56,476 nt of DNA. Source: a virus (lineage: Duplodnaviria; Caudoviricetes). The notes beneath the pieces are model-generated. The model saw nothing but the letters and a program-made list of their open reading frames with translations, made no database searches and was not told where the DNA came from. Shown here one piece after another: positions 38,009 through 46,085 of this stretch. A program made the translations under genes and the position numbers. The stretch spans positions 1 to 56,476 of the IMG/VR virus record IMGVR_UViG_3300037180_000017; one strand, 5' to 3'. The number at the start of each line of letters is the position of its first letter. Positions within the stretch are counted from its first letter, which is position 1.

Positions 38009-38807
38009 ACCTATCAAGCTTTCATCTGGAGGCACATTTGTCCCGTTGAACAGCGAGCCGTTCCAGAACCAAGCGTATCGTGTGGACCCATCCACCCTGC
38101 CCGATCTTCCTGCGGGGATTACGTTGGAAGTGTTGCATGAGGAATTAAACCGCTTTAACTGTAACAACGAGCCAACGGACACTCAAATAATCCTTCTGCA
38201 TGAGATTGCTATTAGACAGTGGGGCTATCTTCCTGTTTGGGGGCCGGACGGCTATGACCAATTCGGCTATAACCGTGATGGACTGGATGAAAACGAGCTA
38301 GACCGCAATGGATTACCGTCAAATCTCACAGACGACCCGATGCTCGACGATGAACGCGCTGCGGAGAAATATGCCCGAACCACAGGAGCGATCGATACTC
38401 GCACACACAACACGGGGAAGAGATTTAACCGCGGAAACGAGAAAGGTCAGACCGTTATTACCCAAGATGGGACACAGCGATCTCTGGGAGAATGCTGGTA
38501 TGATATGTTTGTCGCCAACGAAGTAATCCCCGTCCAGGAAAGACTCGCTGATGAAGAGATCATTGACAGGTTGGCTACGCTATTTCCCAATCGTCAATTC
38601 AGCATGAAGGATGTTCGCTATGCCCGATGGCGATTCAATCAGTGTGAGCTTGCTCCCCAAGCCACACGACCCACACCAGTTCCCAGCTATCGCTACGTTA
38701 AAAATGGTGGATGGCTGCATCAGACCACGCCGCGTTGCCGCGTTTTGAAAAAGTGGAATCTGACTGATGTACTGGCGGCATCTGGGCAGTTAAAGAAGCG
38801 AGCATGA
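37995..38807 (+). CDS. Hypothetical protein with GYD/GYN repeats and a C-terminal putative DNA-binding domain
   Basis: 'DGYDQFGYNRDGLDENELDRNG'; C-domain paralogous to 40369..40836. Confidence 0.65.
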   Translation: MPNLEPIKLSSGGTFVPLNSEPFQNQAYRVDPSTLPDLPAGITLEVLHEELNRFNCNNEPTDTQIILLHEIAIRQWGYLPVWGPDGYDQFGYNRDGLDENELDRNGLPSNLTDDPMLDDERAAEKYARTTGAIDTRTHNTGKRFNRGNEKGQTVITQDGTQRSLGECWYDMFVANEVIPVQERLADEEIIDRLATLFPNRQFSMKDVRYARWRFNQCELAPQATRPTPVPSYRYVKNGGWLHQTTPRCRVLKKWNLTDVLAASGQLKKRA

Positions 38808-39079
38808 ACTTTACAAATAATAGAGCGAAGGTCGGGCACTGCCACAACAGGATTCCTGGATTGGTGAAGCGCCGACGCTCGATCAAGTCCAAGACAATCA
38901 TCAGTTTCTTTCGCACCGATCAGGACACTTCTAGTGGTCAGACAGTTACGGGGTTGCCGCGGTACTTGAAATGTGAAGATCACAACTATATCTTCGGGAT
39001 TGAGAACGTTCATAGCGCGAATATGGACCTTTGCGGCTGGTGTCCGCAATGCTCCAAAAATTCTGGAGAACCGCAATGA
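38804..39079 (+). CDS. Small Zn-binding protein
   Basis: CEDH...WCPQC. Confidence 0.55.
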   Translation: MNFTNNRAKVGHCHNRIPGLVKRRRSIKSKTIISFFRTDQDTSSGQTVTGLPRYLKCEDHNYIFGIENVHSANMDLCGWCPQCSKNSGEPQ

Positions 39080-39390
39080 CTGACGATGCTGATGACGATT
39101 ATGTGATGAAAGACCTTCGCATTACCTTGCGGGCAATATGGGGGCGTGTGTATGGGTCACGCCACAGCACGGGGCCGCTCTCACACATGCGGATGAACTC
39201 ATGGAGTGCTAATCAGATCATCACTGGATCGTGGGGGGGGCTGGGTCGTCAGTTCCGCGATCTACAGCACTTTAACAACTGGTGTTGCGAGAATCGTAAA
39301 CCAAGAATCCGTATCGAAGACGGTTTGAAAGACCGCCAGATTAGATTCTACGAGTGGTGTCAGATCAGTGAACCTTTGGAAGGAGATTAA
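39076..39390 (+). CDS. Hypothetical protein
   Basis: The GGAG SD is supplied by a 15-bp motif copy; ATGA overlap. Confidence 0.55.
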   Translation: MTDDADDDYVMKDLRITLRAIWGRVYGSRHSTGPLSHMRMNSWSANQIITGSWGGLGRQFRDLQHFNNWCCENRKPRIRIEDGLKDRQIRFYEWCQISEPLEGD

Positions 39391-39393
39391 ACA

Positions 39394-39828
39394 ATGAACG
39401 CGCATTATCCTGGTAGTGTGAAGATGACGTTCGGAAAATATCTGGGGCTATCTCTGGAAGAAATTCTGGAGCGCGATCCCCGATATCTCGATTGGCTGAC
39501 AACGATCGACATTACTGTGCCGGTCCTGCGAGACGCGGTTATTAAGATGGCCGAGCTTCACAGCGTTGCCATCCAGGCGGCGGTAGATAGTGGTGGGAGA
39601 AGCGGCGTCGTCGCTGATGCCGTTATCCGTAAAAAGACATACAAGCTGATCTGTTGCGCTGATGGCAAAGGCTTGGGTACCTTTAGTGGTGGATTTCTAA
39701 TCGAAAAAGAACACCATAAGCAATTCAAAGTTCCATGTACTTCTCCAGAAGACGCGGTGGAGTATGCCCAATCCGTGGCCGAATCTGAATTTGCCGTTTT
39801 GGAGATTGGTCCGGGGGTTCTGGCCTGA
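39394..39828 (+). CDS. DUF3820/ExoX-C-terminal-like protein
   Basis: 'MTFGKYLGLSLEEI...DPRYLDWL'. Confidence 0.7.
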   Translation: MNAHYPGSVKMTFGKYLGLSLEEILERDPRYLDWLTTIDITVPVLRDAVIKMAELHSVAIQAAVDSGGRSGVVADAVIRKKTYKLICCADGKGLGTFSGGFLIEKEHHKQFKVPCTSPEDAVEYAQSVAESEFAVLEIGPGVLA

Positions 39829-39976
39829 TGCGAATGGAAGTGCTGGATATTTTGATCGCTTGTGAGCGGGGGGGGCGACTTCGTGATGAGTTTATTAAAT
39901 GAGGTCACAGGGCCTTGGGGTGGCTCGCGCCACGGCTGCGCAGTGGGGTTAATCCAGAATTTTTGGAAAAAGTGTG

Positions 39977-40025
39977 AAATTTCACACTTTTCCTATTGAC
40001 GCTGCTGTGTCTTGTCGATTATACT
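39977..40025 (+). promoter_or_regulatory. Promoter with upstream palindrome (leaderless)
   Basis: AAATTT-N13-TTGACG-N18-TATACT, 6 nt before GTG 40032. Confidence 0.65.
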
Positions 40026-40031
40026 ACCAGC

Positions 40032-40664
40032 GTGCAATTCGAGAAGGTTAGCAACAAGGCTTGGATCGCTTATGATAAGGCCGACACTTACGAAATTATT
40101 CGTGGTAAACGCCGAGATGGGCATGTCTTCGCCGCCTTCAAGAACGTGCATATCATCATCGGTATTGAAAAGAGCTTTGAAGCCGCTGAACAAGTGTGCC
40201 ATGCTGAGTGCGGCGTACAATGCTGGGCCAGCAACAATTCGGAGAATGAAGAGAAAAACATGCGGGCCAAGGCGGAGCGCCAAGCAAAATCGTTCTTACC
40301 AGCCATGCGGATAATAACGCCGGGTCGTCCCAAACTGTATCGTGGTAAAAAAGACCGGAGCAAAGAAGATGATCGAAGTCAGATCAACAGCCAAGAAACT
40401 AACAGGCCCAGCGCATACAGCGAGTCACGAAGAGATTCAAGCGGCAATGCTGGGCAAGCTGCAAGCACGGAACATTCGGGGCAATCGTCAGCAGACCAAG
40501 TTAGTACAGAAAGGCCGCAGCGGAGTGCCGGCAGGTCGGCCCTTGGGAACTTCAACAGGTCTTCCGGTATATCTGGCGATCGTGTTCACGCTTCAGCAAA
40601 ACGAGAAAGCTCCGAAGAACCGGAAACTGACCGACCAGAAATTAGCGGAGTGGATGCGGTCTGA
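40032..40664 (+). CDS. Hypothetical protein (3' half overlaps next gene)
   Basis: Leaderless GTG; the first ~100 aa look protein-like. Confidence 0.45.
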   Translation: MQFEKVSNKAWIAYDKADTYEIIRGKRRDGHVFAAFKNVHIIIGIEKSFEAAEQVCHAECGVQCWASNNSENEEKNMRAKAERQAKSFLPAMRIITPGRPKLYRGKKDRSKEDDRSQINSQETNRPSAYSESRRDSSGNAGQAASTEHSGQSSADQVSTERPQRSAGRSALGNFNRSSGISGDRVHASAKRESSEEPETDRPEISGVDAV

Positions 40665-40836
40665 GTTTCCTGGAAGAGACACAAAGTTCTGGGACGGAAT
40701 CCAGAATATGCGAACGAATTACAACATCGGGAAATACACCAAAGGAATGATCCCGAAGTTACAAAGCCATCGGTACGATAGTGGCGGCGAGTGCATCGAT
40801 CCAAAGTATAAACGCCGCAAGACAAGCAAGCATTAG
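40369..40836 (+). CDS. Basic putative DNA-binding protein
   Basis: K/R-rich; 'LTDQKLAEWMRSEFPGR...R.NYN...SHRY'. Confidence 0.7.
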   Translation: MIEVRSTAKKLTGPAHTASHEEIQAAMLGKLQARNIRGNRQQTKLVQKGRSGVPAGRPLGTSTGLPVYLAIVFTLQQNEKAPKNRKLTDQKLAEWMRSEFPGRDTKFWDGIQNMRTNYNIGKYTKGMIPKLQSHRYDSGGECIDPKYKRRKTSKH

Positions 40837-40955
40837 AGTGTAGCTCAGGTGGCTAGAGCGTTCCGAACCCGGCAAGTTGCGAATCACCACGATACTCTCG
40901 TGCTGGCAAACTATCCGGGTAGGGAAGGTCAGAGGTTCAAGTCCTCTCACCCTAT
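40834..40955 (+). ncRNA. tRNA-like RNA (tRNA-Pro-like scaffold) with a 48-nt hairpin insert in the anticodon arm
   Basis: Acceptor TAGAGTG/CACCCTA (one mismatch), D-arm GCTC-AGGTGGCTA-GAGC, variable AGGTC, T-arm AGAGG-TTCAAGT-CCTCT. No encoded CCA. Confidence 0.75.
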
Positions 40956-41017
40956 TTCACGTCTTACAATGTGTGAGACGAATTTAGCGGCTAAGCCGCA
41001 CTGCAAAGGAGAATCAA

Positions 41018-42064
41018 ATGTCTGCTGCTACAAAGATTGCTGTGGCGGTCGCCGCCTACAAGCATGTCGGGGAGTTCGACCCCAAGGATGTTATCGCCGA
41101 CGCCAAGGAAAACACCCGCAAGGTGTCCCAAGCCGACGTGGCTTCGATGATGGCAAGCATCGAGAAGCATGGTCAGCTTCAGCCCGTCAAGGTGTTCATC
41201 ACCGACAAAGGGAAGCCCAAGTTGGTGTACGGGTTTACGCGGCTCTTTGCCATCGCAAAACACAACGAGAAGAATCCGGATCACCAACTGAAGGTGCGTG
41301 CGGAGATTGTGTCAGCGCAGGAAGCCAAGGCCGCATACCAGATGTCGGTGGTCGAGAACTACCAACGGAAGAACCCAGACCCGATTGAACTGGCCGAAAA
41401 CCAGCGGGCTATGCTGGAAGACTTCGGTATGAGCGAAGAGGAAGTTGCCGGCGTCTTCGGGTGGAACGGAACCGATGGTGTTGAGCGGCTTCGTACTTCT
41501 CAAAAGCTGCTCAAGCTCCCAGCCGCCACGCGCAAATTGGTTTCGACACGGGAACTTCCGACCGTGGCCGCTTTGGAACTGATCGGTTTGTCTGAAAAGG
41601 AGCAAGTCAGCATTATTAAGAATGCGGATCGGTTGGGCACGGGTCGGATCAAAGGCGAAAGTGTCCGCAAGGCATCACGCGCCAAAAAAACCCAAAAGGG
41701 CGGTGATCCCGATAAGGCGATCCCCGTAACCCGCAGCACGATCGTCGATCTCTTTGTCAGTTTGACTGGCCCTGGCGAAGATGCTCCGGTTCGCACGCTG
41801 TTCTCGAAGCTCGAAGCATTCGCCCAAGGCAAGGTGACTCATGCCACGATGGAAAAGATGGCTCGTTCAATGGGCGGCCTGATTAAAGACCCTAAAGCCG
41901 CTCCGAAACCCGAAACGCCTGCCATCAGCGGCGATACCGGGAAAAAGAAGGTCAAGGTCGTGAAGAAAGCAGTGGCGACAAAGACGGCAGCGCCCACAGC
42001 AGCGCCGACACCCGCACCTATTGCTGATCCCGCGGAACCAGAACCCGAATTGGTGACAGCTTAA
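41018..42064 (+). CDS. parB: ParB/Spo0J-family protein
   Basis: 'SIEKHGQLQPV', 'LVYGFTRLFA' (GxxR), 'ENYQRKNPDPIELA', HTH 'FGMSEEEVAGVFG'; AAGGAG SD. Confidence 0.88.
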   Translation: MSAATKIAVAVAAYKHVGEFDPKDVIADAKENTRKVSQADVASMMASIEKHGQLQPVKVFITDKGKPKLVYGFTRLFAIAKHNEKNPDHQLKVRAEIVSAQEAKAAYQMSVVENYQRKNPDPIELAENQRAMLEDFGMSEEEVAGVFGWNGTDGVERLRTSQKLLKLPAATRKLVSTRELPTVAALELIGLSEKEQVSIIKNADRLGTGRIKGESVRKASRAKKTQKGGDPDKAIPVTRSTIVDLFVSLTGPGEDAPVRTLFSKLEAFAQGKVTHATMEKMARSMGGLIKDPKAAPKPETPAISGDTGKKKVKVVKKAVATKTAAPTAAPTPAPIADPAEPEPELVTA

Positions 42065-42084
42065 CGGTTCTCAACTCCCCTCCA

Positions 42085-42125
42085 GAGGGGCCGGTATTGT
42101 TCCACGCCGGTCCCTCATTTTTTTT
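42085..42125 (+). terminator. Intrinsic terminator after parB
   Basis: GAGGGGCCGG...CCGGTCCCTC followed by a T8 run. Confidence 0.85.
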
Positions 42126-42149
42126 GTTTAACTTTTTTCTGGAAGAGCT

Positions 42150-42503
42150 ATGATACAGACACAACCATTTGCAAGCATTGTTTCAACAGTGGTAAGTCGC
42201 AGCCGCAAGACAATCACGGTCCCGATCGCGAGAATTCTTGCGGCAATTCCTGATGATATAATTGGGAAAGGGCCATATCAGATCAGCCTACAGGTTGATC
42301 CTGAAGCCGCTGCGATTAAAATCATCCTTACCTTTCCAGAAGACCCGGGGACGGTGGCTAACATAGAAATGATAAGCCGAGGCACATGGACAGCGTCGCT
42401 CACAACTGATGCGCCGTCCGAAGGTGTTGACCGTGTAACCGGGGAACAAGTTCCGGCAGACAATCCCAACAGTGACGCCAAATACGACATCGACCATCAG
42501 TAA
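42150..42503 (+). CDS. Hypothetical protein
   Basis: 117-aa ORF. Confidence 0.55.
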   Translation: MIQTQPFASIVSTVVSRSRKTITVPIARILAAIPDDIIGKGPYQISLQVDPEAAAIKIILTFPEDPGTVANIEMISRGTWTASLTTDAPSEGVDRVTGEQVPADNPNSDAKYDIDHQ

Positions 42504-42518
42504 CGGTTACAATCTGTG

Positions 42519-42547
42519 TTGACATGGATCGGTGTGTCGGCTATGGT
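42519..42547 (+). promoter_or_regulatory. Candidate promoter
   Basis: TTGACA-N17-TATGGT. Confidence 0.5.
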
Positions 42548-42627
42548 GTGCTTTCTTAAACGGCACGCCGACGCCGTGGATTTCTTCACCCGCTCCCTGT
42601 CATCCGCCAATGACAGGGAGTTCTTTT

Positions 42628-43089
42628 ATGCCGGAACGTTTTACTTGTGAGGTTGTTGGGATTGTGGGTGGAGATGGGATCGACAACTATCAAGTGAAGG
42701 AACTACATCGGATTTTGGACAGGCTGACACCCAAACGAATAACGATATTTGGATTTAACTTGTCCAACGATCGATTAGTTATCATAGCTAAATCAAAGGA
42801 TGCGAAAGTGAATGTGGATACGGCTATTGAAGAGCGGCACATCCACGATAAAAGCCGAGTAACGATCTGTGTCCCTGCACACCATCCCAACACTTACTTG
42901 AATAGAAATGACAAGGATCGGAACGAAGAAGTGGCGTGGAGAGTGTGGGATGAAGGATGGAGAGAGGGACAGTTTACCGTGTTGATTTCTCCCGTCGATT
43001 ATGTTCGCACCACGTTCGATGTGTACGGTCGGAAATACAGTCGGTGGTGGTTCGACGAAAGTCTTCCGCTGCATAAGAGAACTAAGTGA
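42628..43089 (+). CDS. Hypothetical protein
   Basis: GGGAG SD before ATG 42628. Confidence 0.55.
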   Translation: MPERFTCEVVGIVGGDGIDNYQVKELHRILDRLTPKRITIFGFNLSNDRLVIIAKSKDAKVNVDTAIEERHIHDKSRVTICVPAHHPNTYLNRNDKDRNEEVAWRVWDEGWREGQFTVLISPVDYVRTTFDVYGRKYSRWWFDESLPLHKRTK

Positions 43090-44495
43090 GACAGCCTAAA
43101 CCATATCAACTTCCAGCCCTAAAATATCTGCGAACGCATCGCTTAGCGTTCTTAGGAATGGAGAAACGACTTGGCAAGACCTTTTGTGCGTGTCAATGGG
43201 CCAAGTTCCATAGCGCTGCCCGCGTATTAGTGGTTGCTCCATTATCAGCTATCCCTGGATGGCTAGATGAGATCGAGGCCGACAAGGAAGACATCGCTTG
43301 GGACTTAACCAACCACACCAACCTGAAACAGTGGGTCGAAGCTGAAGGCGACTTGCCCGGGCGGTTCTTCATTACCAACCCTCAAGCGTTGTTTAGACCC
43401 TCCCGTGGAAACGATCTTGGACCTTCCCCCAGAGAGACAGCCCTGTATCCGTGGAGCGCCGTGATCTGGGATGAACTGACCACTATCTATAACGCGCAAA
43501 GTCAGATCAATAAGGTTGCCCGTTTGTGTCTGGGGGATATTCCGCTGCGGCTGGGACTTTCCGGGGAATATGCCCCTGAAACTCCGCTTAACATCTTTGA
43601 ACAAATGCGGTGGGTGTTCGGATCGTTCATGGGCTTCCAGAATTTTTGGAAGTGGCGTAACGCTAACTTTCAAGAGCTTTATTACGATTGGATTCCAAAG
43701 CCGGGCCGCAAGATCGAGATTCGCCGCGTGATTGAAGAGCGGTGTTTTATCCTTTCCAGAAAATCAGCCGGCGTCGTTAATGAGATAGCGTTTGAAAAAC
43801 GTTGCTGTAAGCTGCCGACTGAGATCCAGAGGGTGTACGATCATGCTGAGGTGTATTTTGAGATTCCACCCAACCGCAGACACGGTCTTGCTCGCACAAC
43901 TTTCACAGCTTATGTTCCAGTGCTGCGGAACTGGCTTGTTCAGATTGCTGGCGGCTACCCTAAGTGTTTTGAGCATTTATACAGCGATCACAAGCTGAAG
44001 CTGCTCTGGGAAATCATTCAAGAACATCACACCGAGCAACTTGTGGTGTCTTTCCGTCACAATCTGGAGATAGCACACGCTGCTGAGTTCTTGAAGAAAA
44101 AGCGGATTACAGCGACGATCATTCAAGGAGGGATAGATGTACCTGAAAGACGTAAACGCTGCTCAGCGTTCGCGGCAGGGCGGTTCCAGGTCATTCTAAA
44201 GCAGGCTAAGGTGCATTTTGGGATGAATCTGGCTGCTGCCGACACAATGATTCGGTACAGCATTTCCGATGAGTATAAGGATGTGTCACAAGATATGGAT
44301 AGGATTATCCACCCAGAGAAAAAGCGACCGCTGTTATACATCGATCTGGTGACGGTCAATACGGTAGATGAAGACCTCCATGCTGCCGCCACCATCGACA
44401 AACCGCTGCAAGCAAGATACTGGATGCAGAAGATTCAAACATTGGGGTTGTTGCGAGCTAAGTGCAAATTGCTAAAGGAGCAACAATGTATTTAG
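43086..44495 (+). CDS. SNF2-like (SF2) helicase
   Basis: Q-motif 'PYQ', 'RLGKT', 'LVVAP', 'IWDELT', 'LSGE', 'GMNL', 'QDMDRI' (motifs II and VI diverged). Confidence 0.85.
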   Translation: MRQPKPYQLPALKYLRTHRLAFLGMEKRLGKTFCACQWAKFHSAARVLVVAPLSAIPGWLDEIEADKEDIAWDLTNHTNLKQWVEAEGDLPGRFFITNPQALFRPSRGNDLGPSPRETALYPWSAVIWDELTTIYNAQSQINKVARLCLGDIPLRLGLSGEYAPETPLNIFEQMRWVFGSFMGFQNFWKWRNANFQELYYDWIPKPGRKIEIRRVIEERCFILSRKSAGVVNEIAFEKRCCKLPTEIQRVYDHAEVYFEIPPNRRHGLARTTFTAYVPVLRNWLVQIAGGYPKCFEHLYSDHKLKLLWEIIQEHHTEQLVVSFRHNLEIAHAAEFLKKKRITATIIQGGIDVPERRKRCSAFAAGRFQVILKQAKVHFGMNLAAADTMIRYSISDEYKDVSQDMDRIIHPEKKRPLLYIDLVTVNTVDEDLHAAATIDKPLQARYWMQKIQTLGLLRAKCKLLKEQQCI

Positions 44496-44842
44496 AAGAC
44501 TCCGTGGTTAATTTCATCGTCCGCGGATCAGGATTAGGTATTCTGGTTGTGGTGGTTTGGTTGATCTTTAAGGGAATGCTTGTTATACGTCCACGCTCTA
44601 GATATTCTCGATCGACGTATTCTCGTGAACGAATCATCGATCTTCGTAAAGACCCAAGAACAGTTTATGACGCTGAGCGCAAACAAAGGGCGATTGAAAT
44701 AGTGGCACAGCTTGCTAGGGGTGATCCGGCGGCGTGGATACCTGGAGTTGAACAACACCGGCATCTGTGTGAAATATGCGGCTCAGATCGTGTCGGCAAA
44801 TACTGTGCGAAGTGTGGGACGCCCCATAAGGAGCTTCGATGA
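44486..44842 (+). CDS. Membrane-anchored Zn-ribbon protein
   Basis: N-terminal TM; CEIC...CAKC. Confidence 0.6.
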   Translation: MYLEDSVVNFIVRGSGLGILVVVVWLIFKGMLVIRPRSRYSRSTYSRERIIDLRKDPRTVYDAERKQRAIEIVAQLARGDPAAWIPGVEQHRHLCEICGSDRVGKYCAKCGTPHKELR

Positions 44843-45324
44843 TGTGGCCCAACACTACTGTACTTACGGTTGATCCCGGCATTCCTTTTGGATGGGCGCT
44901 CTGGTCCGAAGCCGGCAGTCTTGTAAGGTGGGGCGTCGAAAACGTTGCTGCCAATGCGAGGGACATGCCCTGGCAATACAAAAGCGAACGAATGGCTTAT
45001 GCTCTTCACATACTCCTGACAGTAAATAAAGTTCACGGCGTTTACTGTGAACTGCCGACATATATGAGCGGCCATGCGGCAGCATCAGGCGGTTCTTTGG
45101 TGAAGTTATGCTTCACGGTGGGCCGGTTCATGCAGGTTTGTAGCGATCTAGCCGTGCCGTTTCGCGGCATCGAAGTGCGCGATTGGTTGGGACAGTTGAC
45201 CGACAAGGCAATTCGCCACAGGGTTGAAACCGTCCTTCCAGAATATGCACCGGGCACGTTTAAGCCCCATTGTATTGATGCGGTGGGGATGGGGTTGCAT
45301 GTGCTGGGAAAGTGGCCTAAGTAA
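44839..45324 (+). CDS. RuvC-like Holliday junction resolvase
   Basis: 'VLTVDPG..FGWA', 'VYCELP', 'W...DK', 'HCIDAVGMG'. Confidence 0.8.
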   Translation: MMWPNTTVLTVDPGIPFGWALWSEAGSLVRWGVENVAANARDMPWQYKSERMAYALHILLTVNKVHGVYCELPTYMSGHAAASGGSLVKLCFTVGRFMQVCSDLAVPFRGIEVRDWLGQLTDKAIRHRVETVLPEYAPGTFKPHCIDAVGMGLHVLGKWPK

Positions 45325-45354
45325 CAACGGGCTCCAAAAATTCTAGAGAACATA

Positions 45355-46005
45355 GTGTCAAACCAACTTCTCGTGTTATCTGATGTTTCCCGTTCTTGGA
45401 CAGTGCATGTCCGGGAGTGGAAGTTTTGTCAGAAATGTAAGATCGGCGAATATGCAGATCATCATGTCTTTGCTCGCGGCACATTACCATGCGATGTACT
45501 TTTTCTGGGGGAAGCTCCGGGGCTATCTGAGGATTTACTGGGTTATCCATTCACCGGATTAGCCGGTAAGGTACTGGATGGGTTTATCATCCAGTTAAAA
45601 CTACGCATGCTGGCGAGGAGCCTGGAATATAGCCGATTCCTGGCTGCGGAGAATATATTCAGGTGGGCAATCACCAACACAGTGCTTTGTCAGCCCGTGG
45701 ATGAGAAAGGCGGTCATTTCCGCGAACCCACTGGGCAAGAAAAGGTGCGTTGCCGCCCCCGGCTTGCACATTTCATTGAGGAAGTCGCTCAGCCTAAATT
45801 GGTAGTTTGTATGGGTAGACACGCGGAAACAGAGGCTCTTCTGAATAAGGACGGATGGGCGGGTAAGATTCCATTGGTGAATATCAGACATCCCAGTTAT
45901 ATCACCCGAAACGGATGGCCGACTTCGGGTCGGTCCAAGGAACTGCTATACGCCGATTTAATTAAAGTATCGGATGCTTTGAAACCGATATTGTACAAGG
46001 TGTGA
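45355..46005 (+). CDS. Family-4 uracil-DNA glycosylase-like protein
   Basis: CQKC, 'LFLGEAPG..ED..G.PF.G.AG', 'ITNTVLCQP', 'IRHPS'. Confidence 0.9.
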   Translation: MSNQLLVLSDVSRSWTVHVREWKFCQKCKIGEYADHHVFARGTLPCDVLFLGEAPGLSEDLLGYPFTGLAGKVLDGFIIQLKLRMLARSLEYSRFLAAENIFRWAITNTVLCQPVDEKGGHFREPTGQEKVRCRPRLAHFIEEVAQPKLVVCMGRHAETEALLNKDGWAGKIPLVNIRHPSYITRNGWPTSGRSKELLYADLIKVSDALKPILYKV

Positions 46006-46052
46006 AATTTAAGACCTTCACCCTTGACAGAGCTTCTGGGCTGTGATATATT
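46005..46052 (+). promoter_or_regulatory. Promoter of recombination operon
   Basis: AAATTT-N13-TTGACA(46024)-N17-TATATT. Confidence 0.7.
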
Positions 46053-46085
46053 GCGACTTTGGACAACTGAAACCCGGAGAAGAAC

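Noticed and set aside
39973-39986. CRP box
   Set aside because: TGTGA and TCACA are 4 nt apart rather than 6.
40834-40955. Standard functional tRNA, tmRNA or attP-associated tRNA fragment
   Set aside because: The anticodon arm is interrupted, with no U33 or CCA, no tag ORF or G3:U70, and no integrase seen.
40983-40995. TTTAGCGGCTAAG, a 12/13 match to the IncP KorB operator just upstream of parB
   Set aside because: Single copy, and equally explained by the overlapping hairpin GCGGC-TAA-GCCGC. Suggestive but unsupported.
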